A stretch of DNA of 64,000 nt, from positions 4,402,001 through 4,466,000 of the forward strand of contig NC_134029.1 in NCBI RefSeq assembly GCF_964204645.1, read 5' to 3'. Both the position numbers and the translations under genes were made by a program. Origin of the DNA: Tubulanus polymorphus (lineage: Eukaryota > Animalia > Nemertea). How positions within the stretch are numbered: position 1 is the stretch's first letter; each line of letters opens with the position of its first letter. The notes below the pieces were generated by a model, which searched no databases, was not told where the DNA came from, and was given only the letters and a program-made list of their open reading frames with translations. Positions 12,201 to 24,300 of this stretch are shown in pieces.

Positions 12201-14610
12201 ATATACTTCTTACCGAGTTGTTGTGAAATTTCAACTCTTCGCGCACTCGTGCGCTATTTATGACTTTTTGTTATCAAGACGTTATTGCCGTTTGCGACAG
12301 AGATGCTTGTTCTCGAGATTCGTGATTCATTTTGTTTACGATAATCAAGGAATACCTATATTCATAGATACATAGATAGCTTTTGCTAATTTAGGATGTA
12401 AACCATCGATATGAATTGTTGCGGTTTCAAATTGCCGCCCACGATCGATGTCGTTGTTGTAAACACATTTCAAATTCGATAATGCCAGTATTGTGATATA
12501 TTTCGAATGCGGCGTAAACATCACCAGTTTCAGGTTAGTTTTAGCCCGAGTTCTATTACGACAATTAGTGAAAGATAGTTTTAAAAATTTCTTAATCCAA
12601 AGGTTTTCGTCATCGCATCGCTTTCAAATCGTTTTACTTAACGTCTAAACTATTGCTTAATTCAATCGAATAGATGAAAATTTTCTAGATAAGTCCACAC
12701 TACCTCGCTCCCGGTATTTCACAAATTCATTGAAAAACCTCTGAATATTCGTTCTTACCACGTCAAGTACTTTTTATTCTCAATATTTTCATCTTTCTTT
12801 CGCTCTCGGCGGTACTGGGTGTTTTTTGGGACCTTTCTCCAATAATGCTAAACAACTATAGCGACAGTAGGCGTCGCGCGCTTAGTATTACGAACAATCC
12901 TGTTTTGCCTCGGAGTCTTTTGTCAAGTAAAGATGTCTGATTGGTATAAGGTTCACGCAATTAGTATAACGTGATTATAATCGTGAGGTGTGCTGATTTA
13001 ATAATCCTCTACTCCCACCTCGAGCGCATTCCCTTCTTATACGTACTTCGATACGGGTTTGAGGGAATGCTAATCGCTTGGTATGAGCACCATTCTCTCA
13101 AACGCATTTCCGATTACGCGGGTGTTATGTATGATTATATACATCAAGGTCATTTTGATAGATGAATTATTTGGTAAGTTTCATTCTAAAAACCTCCGAA
13201 GACACGCAATGAACTGAGGAAAATCTGAATATCAGCGGGATATTTCATCTTCGAAAATGAAGACTATGAATACGTCTCGTAAAGTACACGAGCTCGAAGC
13301 ATATTTACCATGTCGGGTTGGCTTCCTTCCGCAGACAGTTTTTTTTTCTCGAGCGATTACAAAGGAAAATCCAGCGTTTCAACGAAAAGTTGCCGCATGT
13401 ATTCTTAATGAGACAGTTAGTAAGTATCCTAGGTTCTGTCGTAGGCGAAAAGATATCCCGCTGTGATCAAATGTGTTGTCGTTACAGCGAGAGCCAATAA
13501 GCTTTTGAACGGTAACAAGATTACTAAATTCAGTCACATAAATGAATGAAGCGAATGAGTTGAAACTAATGCAGAAAGATGGAATTATTTCGTAAGATAT
13601 GTATGACCTATTATCCGCATATCGTTATTTCGGTACGTTTCTTTTTGGTAGTTAAAAACATTTTTATCATCATCGCTATTATTTCTATCATCATCATCAG
13701 TATTGTTATCATCATGATCATCATCATTGGTTTATCAATTTTCACTGATAAGATGTCCATTTTAATTTGACTGACATCGGATTATGACGGTAACGAAGTG
13801 CATTGCTTAGGTCGCTTGCTTTCTACAAGATAATCAGGATTGCATTATTTGAGGTTGTTAGCATGAACTAGAAGATTGTCATCAAAAGTATTGCGCGTTA
13901 TTCTTTGAAGGGAGGTTAACCCTACAAAATGTTATGCGTATTTGAGTTAGAAATGAGTTCGAAACGAGTTTGTTATGAATTTCTCCTGTGGGGATTTCAT
14001 TTCATCATGCTTTTTTTATTTTCAGATATTATTCCTGATGTTGCTAAGTTGTAGATGCTCAAATACCGACCAAAGCCAAAAGTCATTAGCTACCAGACTC
14101 TCACGCAGGCACATGAGGCTTACAGATAGGTATGTTTTTAATGTTTCGTCGACTGCTTCTGACTCTTGTCATGATCCCAGTATTTATGTTGTTTGGTTTG
14201 TATTTCGCAGATCGAAGCATCATCGATTGACGACGACGGATAGTCCGTTGACAGTAACGATTCACGCTCGCCGGGAGAAGCGGGATTATTCTCTAATACA
14301 GAGTGATCCGAAACGACAGTGTTGCCCGTCAGTGACGGAGATGATCGCTCCGATGGGCGGTATCTCTCGGACAGGCTTGCTGCTACAGTTATATCGAGAT
14401 CATAAAACTACGCAGAAATTTTATCAAACTCGATGTCTGCCGGAGATTGAGAACAGGGAGTGTCGGTTCACGGACCCCCGCGTTAGTACAAGGTGTTTAC
14501 AAAAATATACCTACACATACGCAGTAGTGAAGGATTTCGGAGTTCCCGATCAGCCGTTCAGAATTGATTTTATCCGTATCAAAAGTGCCTGCTCATGCGA
14601 GATACTTTAA
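6232..14610 (+). CDS. Secreted NGF/neurotrophin/Spaetzle-like cystine-knot precursor (~174 aa); exons 6232-6252, 14026-14129, 14211-14610
   Basis: MWIRPSI|gtaagt joins in phase 0 to ILFLMLLSCRCS to form a signal peptide. A basic prodomain and furin-type site RREKR follow. The mature domain reads QCCPSV...FYQTRC...ECRF...RCLQKYTYTYAVV...FRIDFIRIKSACSC, with C-x-Q and terminal C-x-C motifs of NGF/Spaetzle cystine knots. All introns are GT-AG. Confidence 0.85.
13666..13727. repeat. Imperfect (ATC)n microsatellite
   Basis: Runs of atcatcatc, which explain the Ile-rich spurious ORF 13579-13770. Confidence 0.7.
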
Positions 14611-17034
14611 CCTCTTTGTCGGCCCACCAGGGGGCGCGCGTCCGAACTTCCGATTTGAACGGGTAATGATAATAGGTGGCGCAACCGCATGCGCAGAAAC
14701 CCGTCCAAAAAACTAGCTGGCATCAGGAAATTGATCGTTTTATTCGCCGGTGTCATTCCCCGTGGCACAGGCAAATAGAGTGGTGAAGTGAACTGGGATG
14801 TTACTCGGCTCAGATGTAATTTTCATTGTGTAAATAGATGATATATTTGTATATTTGCCGAGGCTAAACAGAGAAATTCGTTCTTATCGTGTCTACAAAT
14901 CCACCTTCCTTGTGAGGCGCTCGAGAGAAAAAAATAATGCGTTGTGTTTTTATTTAGTCCACGCATTTTGTCTTGGAAGAATTGTCATTTTATCAATGCA
15001 AGCGAAGAAACCGTTTGCACACTGAAGGCGAAACTATCAACTAACGTCGACGAATGCACGAATTCAAACAGAATTGACAATGCAAAACTACCGTGGCGAA
15101 TTTCAGTGCGAACTGGATTGATTTGAGTGATATACGTGTGGGAAACTGTTCAGCTGTCTCTAGAACATCGAGAGAAATGTCATCTATACAGGTTGCCTGA
15201 AAATTCCCTTCCATCATTCTCAACGAACGATTTCCCTAAAGTTTCTATCAAATAAGTGTGTCATCCCATTTTAATCAATGTATCGTATCTAGGAATGGCG
15301 ATGATGTCGTCACCTTAGGGCTGATGTCTCCAATCATGATTATGTCGACAAATCGCTTTGTCGCCATGTATTGAAATCTTGATCTACGAGAGAAATGATA
15401 AGAACATTCAAATACTCCTGATAATCTAAGTATTCGGAAAATCAAGTAATGAACATACGTATGTAAGACGTACTTAGTTTTCTAACGAGGAAATTGGTAG
15501 AAATTTGGTAAGAGTCAGTTAAAAATGGCGTTGATAAATAATGAATTTCTGCTAAAACGTTCTCCATGAAACCCCACACCTATGTGCTGTGTAAAAATGC
15601 TATATACATGATTATATACATATACATATATATTTATTGTGTAAATACAGATTATTTATTTTTGAATTGAAAACGTAGGGAGCATGTACCTGTTGTGTAG
15701 ATATACTTGCGCATCCTGGTGTTATTATTATTATTGTTGAAAAAAGATGTGTGGATTGACGGCTGTTTTTGTTTCGATGTTACTTCAAGAGAAGCACCTA
15801 TATGGTGAAATTTCACCGCTAATTTAGGTTCAGAGGCTGGCACCGACATGGACGTCCTACGAAAGTATGAAAGTACATCCAGACCCCCACAGACGCATTA
15901 TTGTACAGGTTAAAAATTGTTGATGCATTTAATTTTTCCTTTATTTATGTTTTTGAAATTATTCCCGTCCCCGCTTGCCGCGGGTGGCTCAGATCGAGCT
16001 CTCCGCGGTAAAAGGCGATATGGAATGGAGGCTCTTGACGCCATAAAATGTGATCATATGGTTCATAGTTTGAAAAAAAACAAGATTCAACTCAGAAATT
16101 GAATGCCCTAATCGGTATATATGTATGAGGGTCTGGTTTGGCACAGGTTTTTTACTCGGAATTCTTGACATCATTCTCTATGGAGTTAAATGTTTAATCG
16201 GGCAAAAGAAAGCTCTATAAAAAGAAACTGAAAATTTCACTTAACTAAAGGCTTGTCAAAAATTGTTATATCAATCATTTTACAATAAATAAGATCCTTA
16301 AATCTGTATTTATTATATTTGTTTGTACTTTTTTCTGTTTGCTTTATGACGTCATTATCATGGCGCCGATCAATCTTCAATGGAAACAAGGACGGGGTCG
16401 AACACCTGACGCTTGCGCTTGCGGTGTCATAAATCTCTGCATTTCTTTTGAGCACGATAGTAATTATTAAAACGGAATCGGCGTTAGGAGACATCCCAAA
16501 CCTATGCAAGATTCACCCTAGAGCACCGTTGTTGGTTCAGTCCGGTAAAACCCGAATCCAGGATTAAGCATGATGTAGTTCATTTTCCTCGAACTCAAAT
16601 CATAACGGGGACTGGGACTAAGATTATGGATCCTTCATAACCATATACTGCACTTAAACCTGTCCAAATATGACATTGTATGTATGAGAAATAAATATAT
16701 TATACTAAAAAGGAAGTTGTTTTTTGCATGGTCGACGCTAGTACTATGATTTTGACAATCGAGGACGTTTATCAGTGTACAAAAATGTTAACGTAAAAAT
16801 ATTTCCATATTGATTTAAGCCGTTATTTGTATAAGAGATATCGAATCTGGGTCCCCGAACATAGATATTCGTTATACACGTATGCACTACTTAAGTTCAT
16901 TCCAACCCTTATTGCATATGCTAGTGGGACCGTAAATATTGCAATGTCGTGCCGTTTTTTTGCAAGTGAATAAAGGTATGTTATTATATTCTCAATATTA
17001 GATATGTTATCGCCATCACCGAATAATTAATCTT

Positions 17035-17243
17035 TAGAGAATCCCGCAATAATAACAAAAAGATAAGTACAAACATATTTCCTCGAGCTTAGTTTATTCG
17101 ACATTTCGACTATATTATAATAGCCATCTTCGGGATCAGGAATGCTGGAATATTAGAATATAGTGGAAACGTCGAATAAACTAATAGCTCAATGAAACAT
17201 TTGGGATTTACTATTTGTTGTTATTATTTTGGGATTATCTATA
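17035..17243. mobile_element. Palindromic element with degenerate hammerhead-ribozyme arms (copy A)
   Basis: Arms tagagaatccc...gagcttagtttattcgacatttcgactata and tatagtggaaacgtcgaataaactaatagctc...gggattatcta are homologous to 61852-62074. Confidence 0.75.
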
Positions 17244-17524
17244 GATCATCGTCATTATACGGATGATATTGCGCTGAGGCGAAAATAATGTTTTGGTGAT
17301 ACGTTACCAATTTCTATGAATGGAAATTTCACAAGATGAATCACAAAAATGCCGCACAGGAATGAAATCCTGTTGTTAGAATATGGGTCATTTTGTTTTT
17401 CGGGCATATTATATTGAATTGTTCTTCGTTTCAGATCTTTAAATACCGTGGATGTGTTAATGATAATCGTTTGTGACGAGCATGTTTAGCGCTCGTTGCG
17501 TGGCATATCCTGCCAAGACGTCCT

Positions 17525-18111
17525 GGGGACATCATTTAGGATAATTAGAAAATAGATTTTATGTCGAATAATATCTCAACATGAAATCAGACATCTCCTT
17601 CTTTAATTCAAAATTCTATTATTCGCCTAGATCCATAGCCGCCTTGGGGACATCATTTATGAAAAATTGACATTTTGTTTCATGTTGAGAGTTATTTTTT
17701 CGACACAAATTCATTTACGACTTATAAACGGTTTTGCTGATTTAAAATCAAATAGGAGTGAATTAAAATCGACAACTTCATTGTAGAATAGCCACACCCT
17801 GACGTGGAGATTCGACGATAAGTTTTAAACCCACTACATATAGAAGTTTAATGATTAAAAACGAATTTTATTCGTCAAAAATTAAAATCGAAAGACACGA
17901 TCTTTCGGACTCTCTCTCTCTAATGAACCATCTTCTAGTGAGAATCTTGATTAAAAACGTTTTATTAATAGTGAATGAAATTGTGTCGAGTTAAAAACTC
18001 AACATAGAATTAGGAAAGTTTTTAGTAAGCTTTATAGGGCCTAATGATTTTATGTTGAGATATAACTCTATACATAAAATTAAATGTTTCCTTTTTCCTA
18101 AATGATGTCCC
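17525..18111. repeat. Foldback-like repeat upstream of calpain
   Basis: ggggacatcattta occurs at 17525 and ~17647, with an inverted copy tcctaaatgatgtccc at ~18097-18110. Internal atgttgaga/ctcaacat units recur. Confidence 0.5.
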
Positions 18112-18304
18112 TTGAACGCTGCGTGGTAATGACATCTAAGGCGGGAAGTTTGTTTTTGTTTTCAGCACAGGTGTAGGAACGAAATATCTAGGGTTATACC
18201 TACACGCATCTCACAGGAATTTCTGATCAGTCAGACCATTTGCTAAAAAGGGAGGGGATCTTTCAGTCCACCTAGAGTAATCCCCAGACTATAACATAAG
18301 GATA

Positions 18305-21300
18305 ATGGAGGACAGATATCGCTCCCAAAACTATGAGAAGCTCAAGTCTAGTTTACTGAAGTCCGGCAGCCTTTTCGAAGATGGAATTTTTCCGGCAGAT
18401 GGCTCGTCGATCAACAAAAAGAAGCCAACATCCCGAGACGTACGGTGGCTACGACCTTGGGTAAGTCCTAAAGACTAGAAATACTTGAAAACTATGCTCT
18501 TACCTCAGACTATACGTTCCATTTTAAAATAGGGGTATTTTCTACTAGCATTTTGTGGGCCGTTACTAGGCAACATTCCCAGATCTAAGTCTTGAACTTA
18601 CTATCAGCGATAATTCATTGTGATGATAATAACGGCCCCTGCCTGGAAAGTGGAAGCGACAACAACGTTGTTCTTCCTTTGACAGCATCGAATTTCTGTA
18701 AATGATGCCACTGTGGGTCAACGGAACGAACCTAATGGTCATGCGCTAAATATCAATGTGACCTGGAAGTGATTTCATTTTACGTTATTTTCAGCGCTTG
18801 TTCGTAGCGGTTGTTTGAAATATCTATTGGGTGCATGTGTGTGCCCAGGACCTCAACCAACTATACAATATTTCTAGATAAGAACACTTACTGATAGATA
18901 TTGTGCTTACAGATGTTAAACACGAATATTATTGCGAGAAAACTGAAATTGAATTTTTTTACTCTAATCAGGGTAATATATTAACATTTGCAGGAAATTT
19001 CATCTCGGCCACTTTTCATACGGGAAAATGCGACAAGATTTGACTTGGACCAAGGTGAATTAGGTATGCATCATTTTGAACTTGTGTTTTCTTTAACCAT
19101 TTCGTTCACGAATTCCACAAATGAAACTTCTCGTTTCTTGCCTAGGTGATTGCTGGTTTGTGGCTGCCGCTTCTCTTTTTGCCATGCAAGGTGGTAAAAT
19201 GTTTGACAACGTCGTTCCTCTGAGCCAATCATTCGAATCCGGGGACTACGCAGGTTGCAATATCTCATCAATGTTTATTTCATCCATCTAGCACACAGGG
19301 GCGCGTAGTTGAAGTTTGGGAGTACCAGGGATTACTGGATGATCTAAGATACAGTTCAACCCCAAACTTCAATTACCAGCGCCTGTGATCTAGGATTGCG
19401 AATACGACATTCTTGCAGTCGTTTTTCATTTTTACAGGAATCTTTCGTTTTCGCTTCTGGAGATTCGGGGATTTCGTCGAAGTTGTCGTAGACGATCGTC
19501 TGCCGTGTAAACGAGGACGTTTAATGTACTGCAATAACCGCGAAGAGCCGAATGAATTTTGGGCAGCTCTTCTCGAAAAAGCGTACGCAAAGTAAGTATC
19601 CGGCTTAGTTCACCGGGACCTCGGGAAACCATGCATCTGCATCAATAACTTTTTAAATAATTTTCGTAACGAATAACAATGCTTTACTTTTGAAAAGTAA
19701 GGAAAACATTTATAATAAAAAACTTAAATTGACTTCCTACGTAATGGTTGTTAGACACAAGATGCTATCTAAATACTATCTAAATAATGTGGTGTCCCGA
19801 ATTATTTTAGTCCGACCCTTTGTCTGAAAGGATCTTTCGCTGAATACAGTTTGTTGCCATTCGATTTAAAGTCTAAATCATCCTAGTAAATGAAACGAAG
19901 ATATCGCTCAGTATCAATGACAGAAATGAACAGTTTGATTAAAAGAGTGTTTAATAAGAATTTTCGCAATTTAACGCATCTGAATGGTGATCAAATATCT
20001 GATGTAATCGTCGTCTGCGTGGGGGGGGGGGGAATAGCGCGAACGCTGTTCGTAACTCGTGAATTTGTTTAACAACAAGTTCATCAAAATGATAGAAAAA
20101 TGCAGGATGAGTAAGTTTATTTCGCCAGTTGTCATATTTTGATTCTCTCAAGAACGCAAAAACTCGTATCTCGTCTACTGGGATCATTGAGTTAATGACT
20201 TGATGGACTAAATGATATGGCTATGACGCTTTCAGATTAAACGGTTCATACGCGGACCTTGACGGGGGACTTATACAAGATGCTCTGATAGATTTTACCG
20301 GCGGTATTTCCGAGGTCATATCGTTATTCGACCCTTCTGCCCGACCTCCAGAGTTATTCGACATCATGCAGGCCACGTTCGGTATGAATACGATGATGGG
20401 CTGTTCTATAAATGTAAGTAAAAGTTATTCGTTGAAATCACCCATGTATCACGTATTTGAAAAACAAGCTGTATACGGACAAGCGCGTAATAGAAACACT
20501 GAAATGAATAGATAGCGAGTACTGATCATTTTCACATCTGAATGCTCTATATTTTTTGACACCGTAAAAACTGTTATTGACATTGATACCTAGTATGCGT
20601 TATTTAAGGGGTTCTGTGTGCACTGCAGCATCAATAGTGGCGCATTTATTTTATTAAATATACTTCATAACTCATATCTTATTTTTGATTAATCTTGATA
20701 ATCATTTTTTGAGAGGATGTGCTCTACGTCATCAATGTAGGCTATCGGGGTTAGGACTAGTTGCCGGTCAATTCAATTCAATTATCGATGAAATCAAATC
20801 CAAAACAACTTTATTGATCCTTAATATTACATAATTCATATTGTATTATTTTTTGTCGACAATATTAATCAATATTTTTTTTTCAAGGCGTCAATAAACT
20901 TAGTTTTTTGTTCTCTAACAAAAGCTATATACAACTTTATTGCAGAAAACTACGAAAGTTTCCGGCGAACAGTCGTTACCGCAAGGTTTATTTGCCGGTC
21001 ATGCTTACAGCATCACAGCAGTTGCTAAGGTGTAGATTTCGTATATATTGTAATTTTGGGGGTAACCATGCTTAAGATTACATATTTCGTTAACACTTTA
21101 TGGTAGTCATTCAAAGAGACGCGTGCTAGGAAATTTACACCAAATCATTAACACTTAGACACTCGCTGAATTCCAAACGCTCTACGTCTAGCCAAATTCA
21201 ATTCTGGTTATGAAATGCTAATCATCGCCTTTATCGCTATAATTTGACCCCTTTAGTACACATTTTTCGAAAGTCGATACAAGGACGTGAAAAGCAGAAA

Positions 21301-24300
21301 ACTGTAGGAATATATTATTTATTCTCGCAATTTCCCAGCTTCTGTTTTACCCCCAGGTAGATAAGGGATAAGTATGGAAAGCTACACGATTTAGTCCGTC
21401 TACGTAATCCATGGGGACATACCGAATGGACAGGTGCCTGGTCGGATAGGTAAATAACAACAATTTTACCATAGTTATAGCAACTAAGTTTGCGGCCTGA
21501 GTTCTGATCATCTAGAATCTGTGTTCTGTTTCTGAATAGTTACATCATCTTGTACGTTAGATATTGGTTTTTCTTTTCTTACAGATCGACAACTTGGTTT
21601 TCGGTCGATGCAGATGTCAAGGAGAAACTGAACTTTCACAGGGCAAATGACGGAGAATTCTGGTAAAATAGTGATAATCTATAACCTATTATATTGGCTA
21701 TGTGCTAATACACTAATAATTTGCTCAGTATGATTGATATACGTATGGGAAATTCGAAATTTTCACATTTTCACTTTGAACAGGATGCCATTTGAAGACT
21801 TCGTTAACAATTTTCAATTCATGGAATTGGTCCACCTATCTCCTGACGCAATAACTGCCCAAGTCGCCTCAGAAACGGTATGGTAATGTTTCAGCACGCG
21901 GTACTATAAAACCGTCTAATCTCCACGGTTTTTAGTTTTACGAGAGTCAAAATGAATATAATTCGACGGGCAGTACTTCACGGATATGTTAACTGAGTTT
22001 ATTTGACTCACCAGCTTACCGCTACTACAGTAGCTTGAGCAGTTGAATGAGTCACTCATTAATAAAAATACTACCAAAAAGTACTACTCGTCTCGTTATA
22101 TTTATTCTACATTCGGTTAACACGGGTAAAAATATATTCAAATACTTTTAAATACATGCATAACATTAATTGATTACCACGTATTTGCGGAATGCTGAAG
22201 GCATGGGTTGCATCATTTTCAATATACATTGTGACGATTTGCTTGTATACAGGGTAAAGTGGAATGGAAAACAACAACCAATCATGGGTCGTGGATACGG
22301 GGTGTTACTGCCGGTGGTTGTGGGAATTACCCAAATGAAGGTAGGCGTAAAATACGAAAACGTTCATTTAAATGACTTGTTTAGCATGGCATGTTTAGCA
22401 TGTTTTCGGTAAGCATGGATGTATAAACTAGAAGGACGGCGCATCAGCCTAGTTAAAGTTGATGCGTTCATGGTATTAGTGATTTAAAACCAAGTCTTAA
22501 AAGTCTAAAAACAATATTTGGGCTTATGTCTGGGTGCAGTTGCTTAGAAATGCATATACTTCTATCATCTGAACTTTCCTCTGCTAGCTATCGTTTCAGA
22601 ATGAAAATTGAACACGAATCTAGGTAAATACAACCTTTCATATGAATAAGGACGACGTATTTTATGTTTTTCTAGCTAAGATGTGGATGAATCCACAATT
22701 TTACGCGAGTTTAGATCCATCCGATCGCGACGAGGACTCTGACCAATGCACTCTGATCGTGTCATTAATGGAAAAGCAAACTATTATGTCCGAATATACG
22801 AGCATCGGATTTCAAATATTCAAGGTAACAACAAAATACTCACTAGTTCATATCATTTATTCACTGCTCAAATTCGCTGTTCAAAGCTAGATTAGTTCAA
22901 GTGCGTGGGGGCCTCATACATAACAGCATACGCTTATAATTTACAAACTAATTTGATTTTCAGTTAATCGCTGACGTGCTTTCTTACCTAGTTAGGGCAA
23001 TCTATATTACCATTACTATGTTATATGCTACTAGATATTCGATTCGATGTTAATGGTCAATTATCGCTTTTACTAAACTTCTACGCCTATAATGCAATCT
23101 CGCAGATTAAAGACAGCGTGGCCAAGACTCCGTATTTCCAAGCACAGGTAAATGTCCAAGTCAAGTATCATCGGTTTTATATAGATATGGTATTTGTGTT
23201 AAAACCCCGACCCCGAAGTGTAGATAAGTGAATTATTGAAGAATTATTCAACTCCTTTGGTACATTTCGTCCCCTTGTCTACGAAACCGACTCTTGGAAT
23301 TCTCTGATGTCAACATTTAGATTCTATATCATCTATCTAAATGCCAACCGTTTCGTCGCGGTATATTTGTATTCTTCAATTTTCTAGCTGAACAAAAATG
23401 CACCGCCGATTGTCATCGACGAAAGTAACTATAAATCGATCGTGCTCAGTCGCGTCGCTTTCTCCGGTCAATATACAAACCTACGTCAAGTATGCAGACG
23501 ATTCGAATTGAATCCCGGTCATTACGTAGTCGTCCCTTCGACCTTTCGTCCCGGGCAACAATCTTCGTTTCTGTTGAGGATTTTCAACCAGAAAAACGTC
23601 CCAGAAATCAAGTGCGTATTACTCGCTTAATGGAACCGATGCTACAGTCGTTGGTCGTTGTTTCTTGTGTACGAATGATTTTTCATATTTTTCACCAGAG
23701 AACTGGATGAGGTGACTGGCCCTACGGACGTACGTATCGCATCCGTAATACAAACAATCCTCCCCGGCAGGGTTTCGAACTTGACGCGTCGAATGTCACC
23801 ACGGTACGAAACCCTTCCACACTAGACCGGGTGTTAGGTTCATCAGGTTCGAATCCCAGCCGAGGAAGGATACCATACAAACTGGCAATGATGAAAAAGA
23901 AACTGCCGTTAGGTTTTCATTTGAACTCATTGTATTTAAAAAAGTCACCAGTTTGTTTAATTCATCTATTCAGTATGCGAAAGAGAACGCCGATAAATTG
24001 AGGGAAGTATTCCGTATTTATGCCGGGGATGATGAACGCCTGGACGCCAGCGAGTTACATCGTGCTATGAATGACTTATGCGTTATCGAAGGCAAGTTTT
24101 TCAACCTCGAGGGGAAAAGTTTCAGCCAGTTTTAACAAACCGCATTAGATTGGAAACGTCGAAGTTACAACTCGAATGGTCTTACATCTTAAAATAAATT
24201 GGTGTCAAATCGTCAGAATGTCCCATGAACATAGATGTACAGGTCACAACTGAAAGTGCCATCATCGTTGCGTATATTTCCAGGTCAAGATGAACCATTT

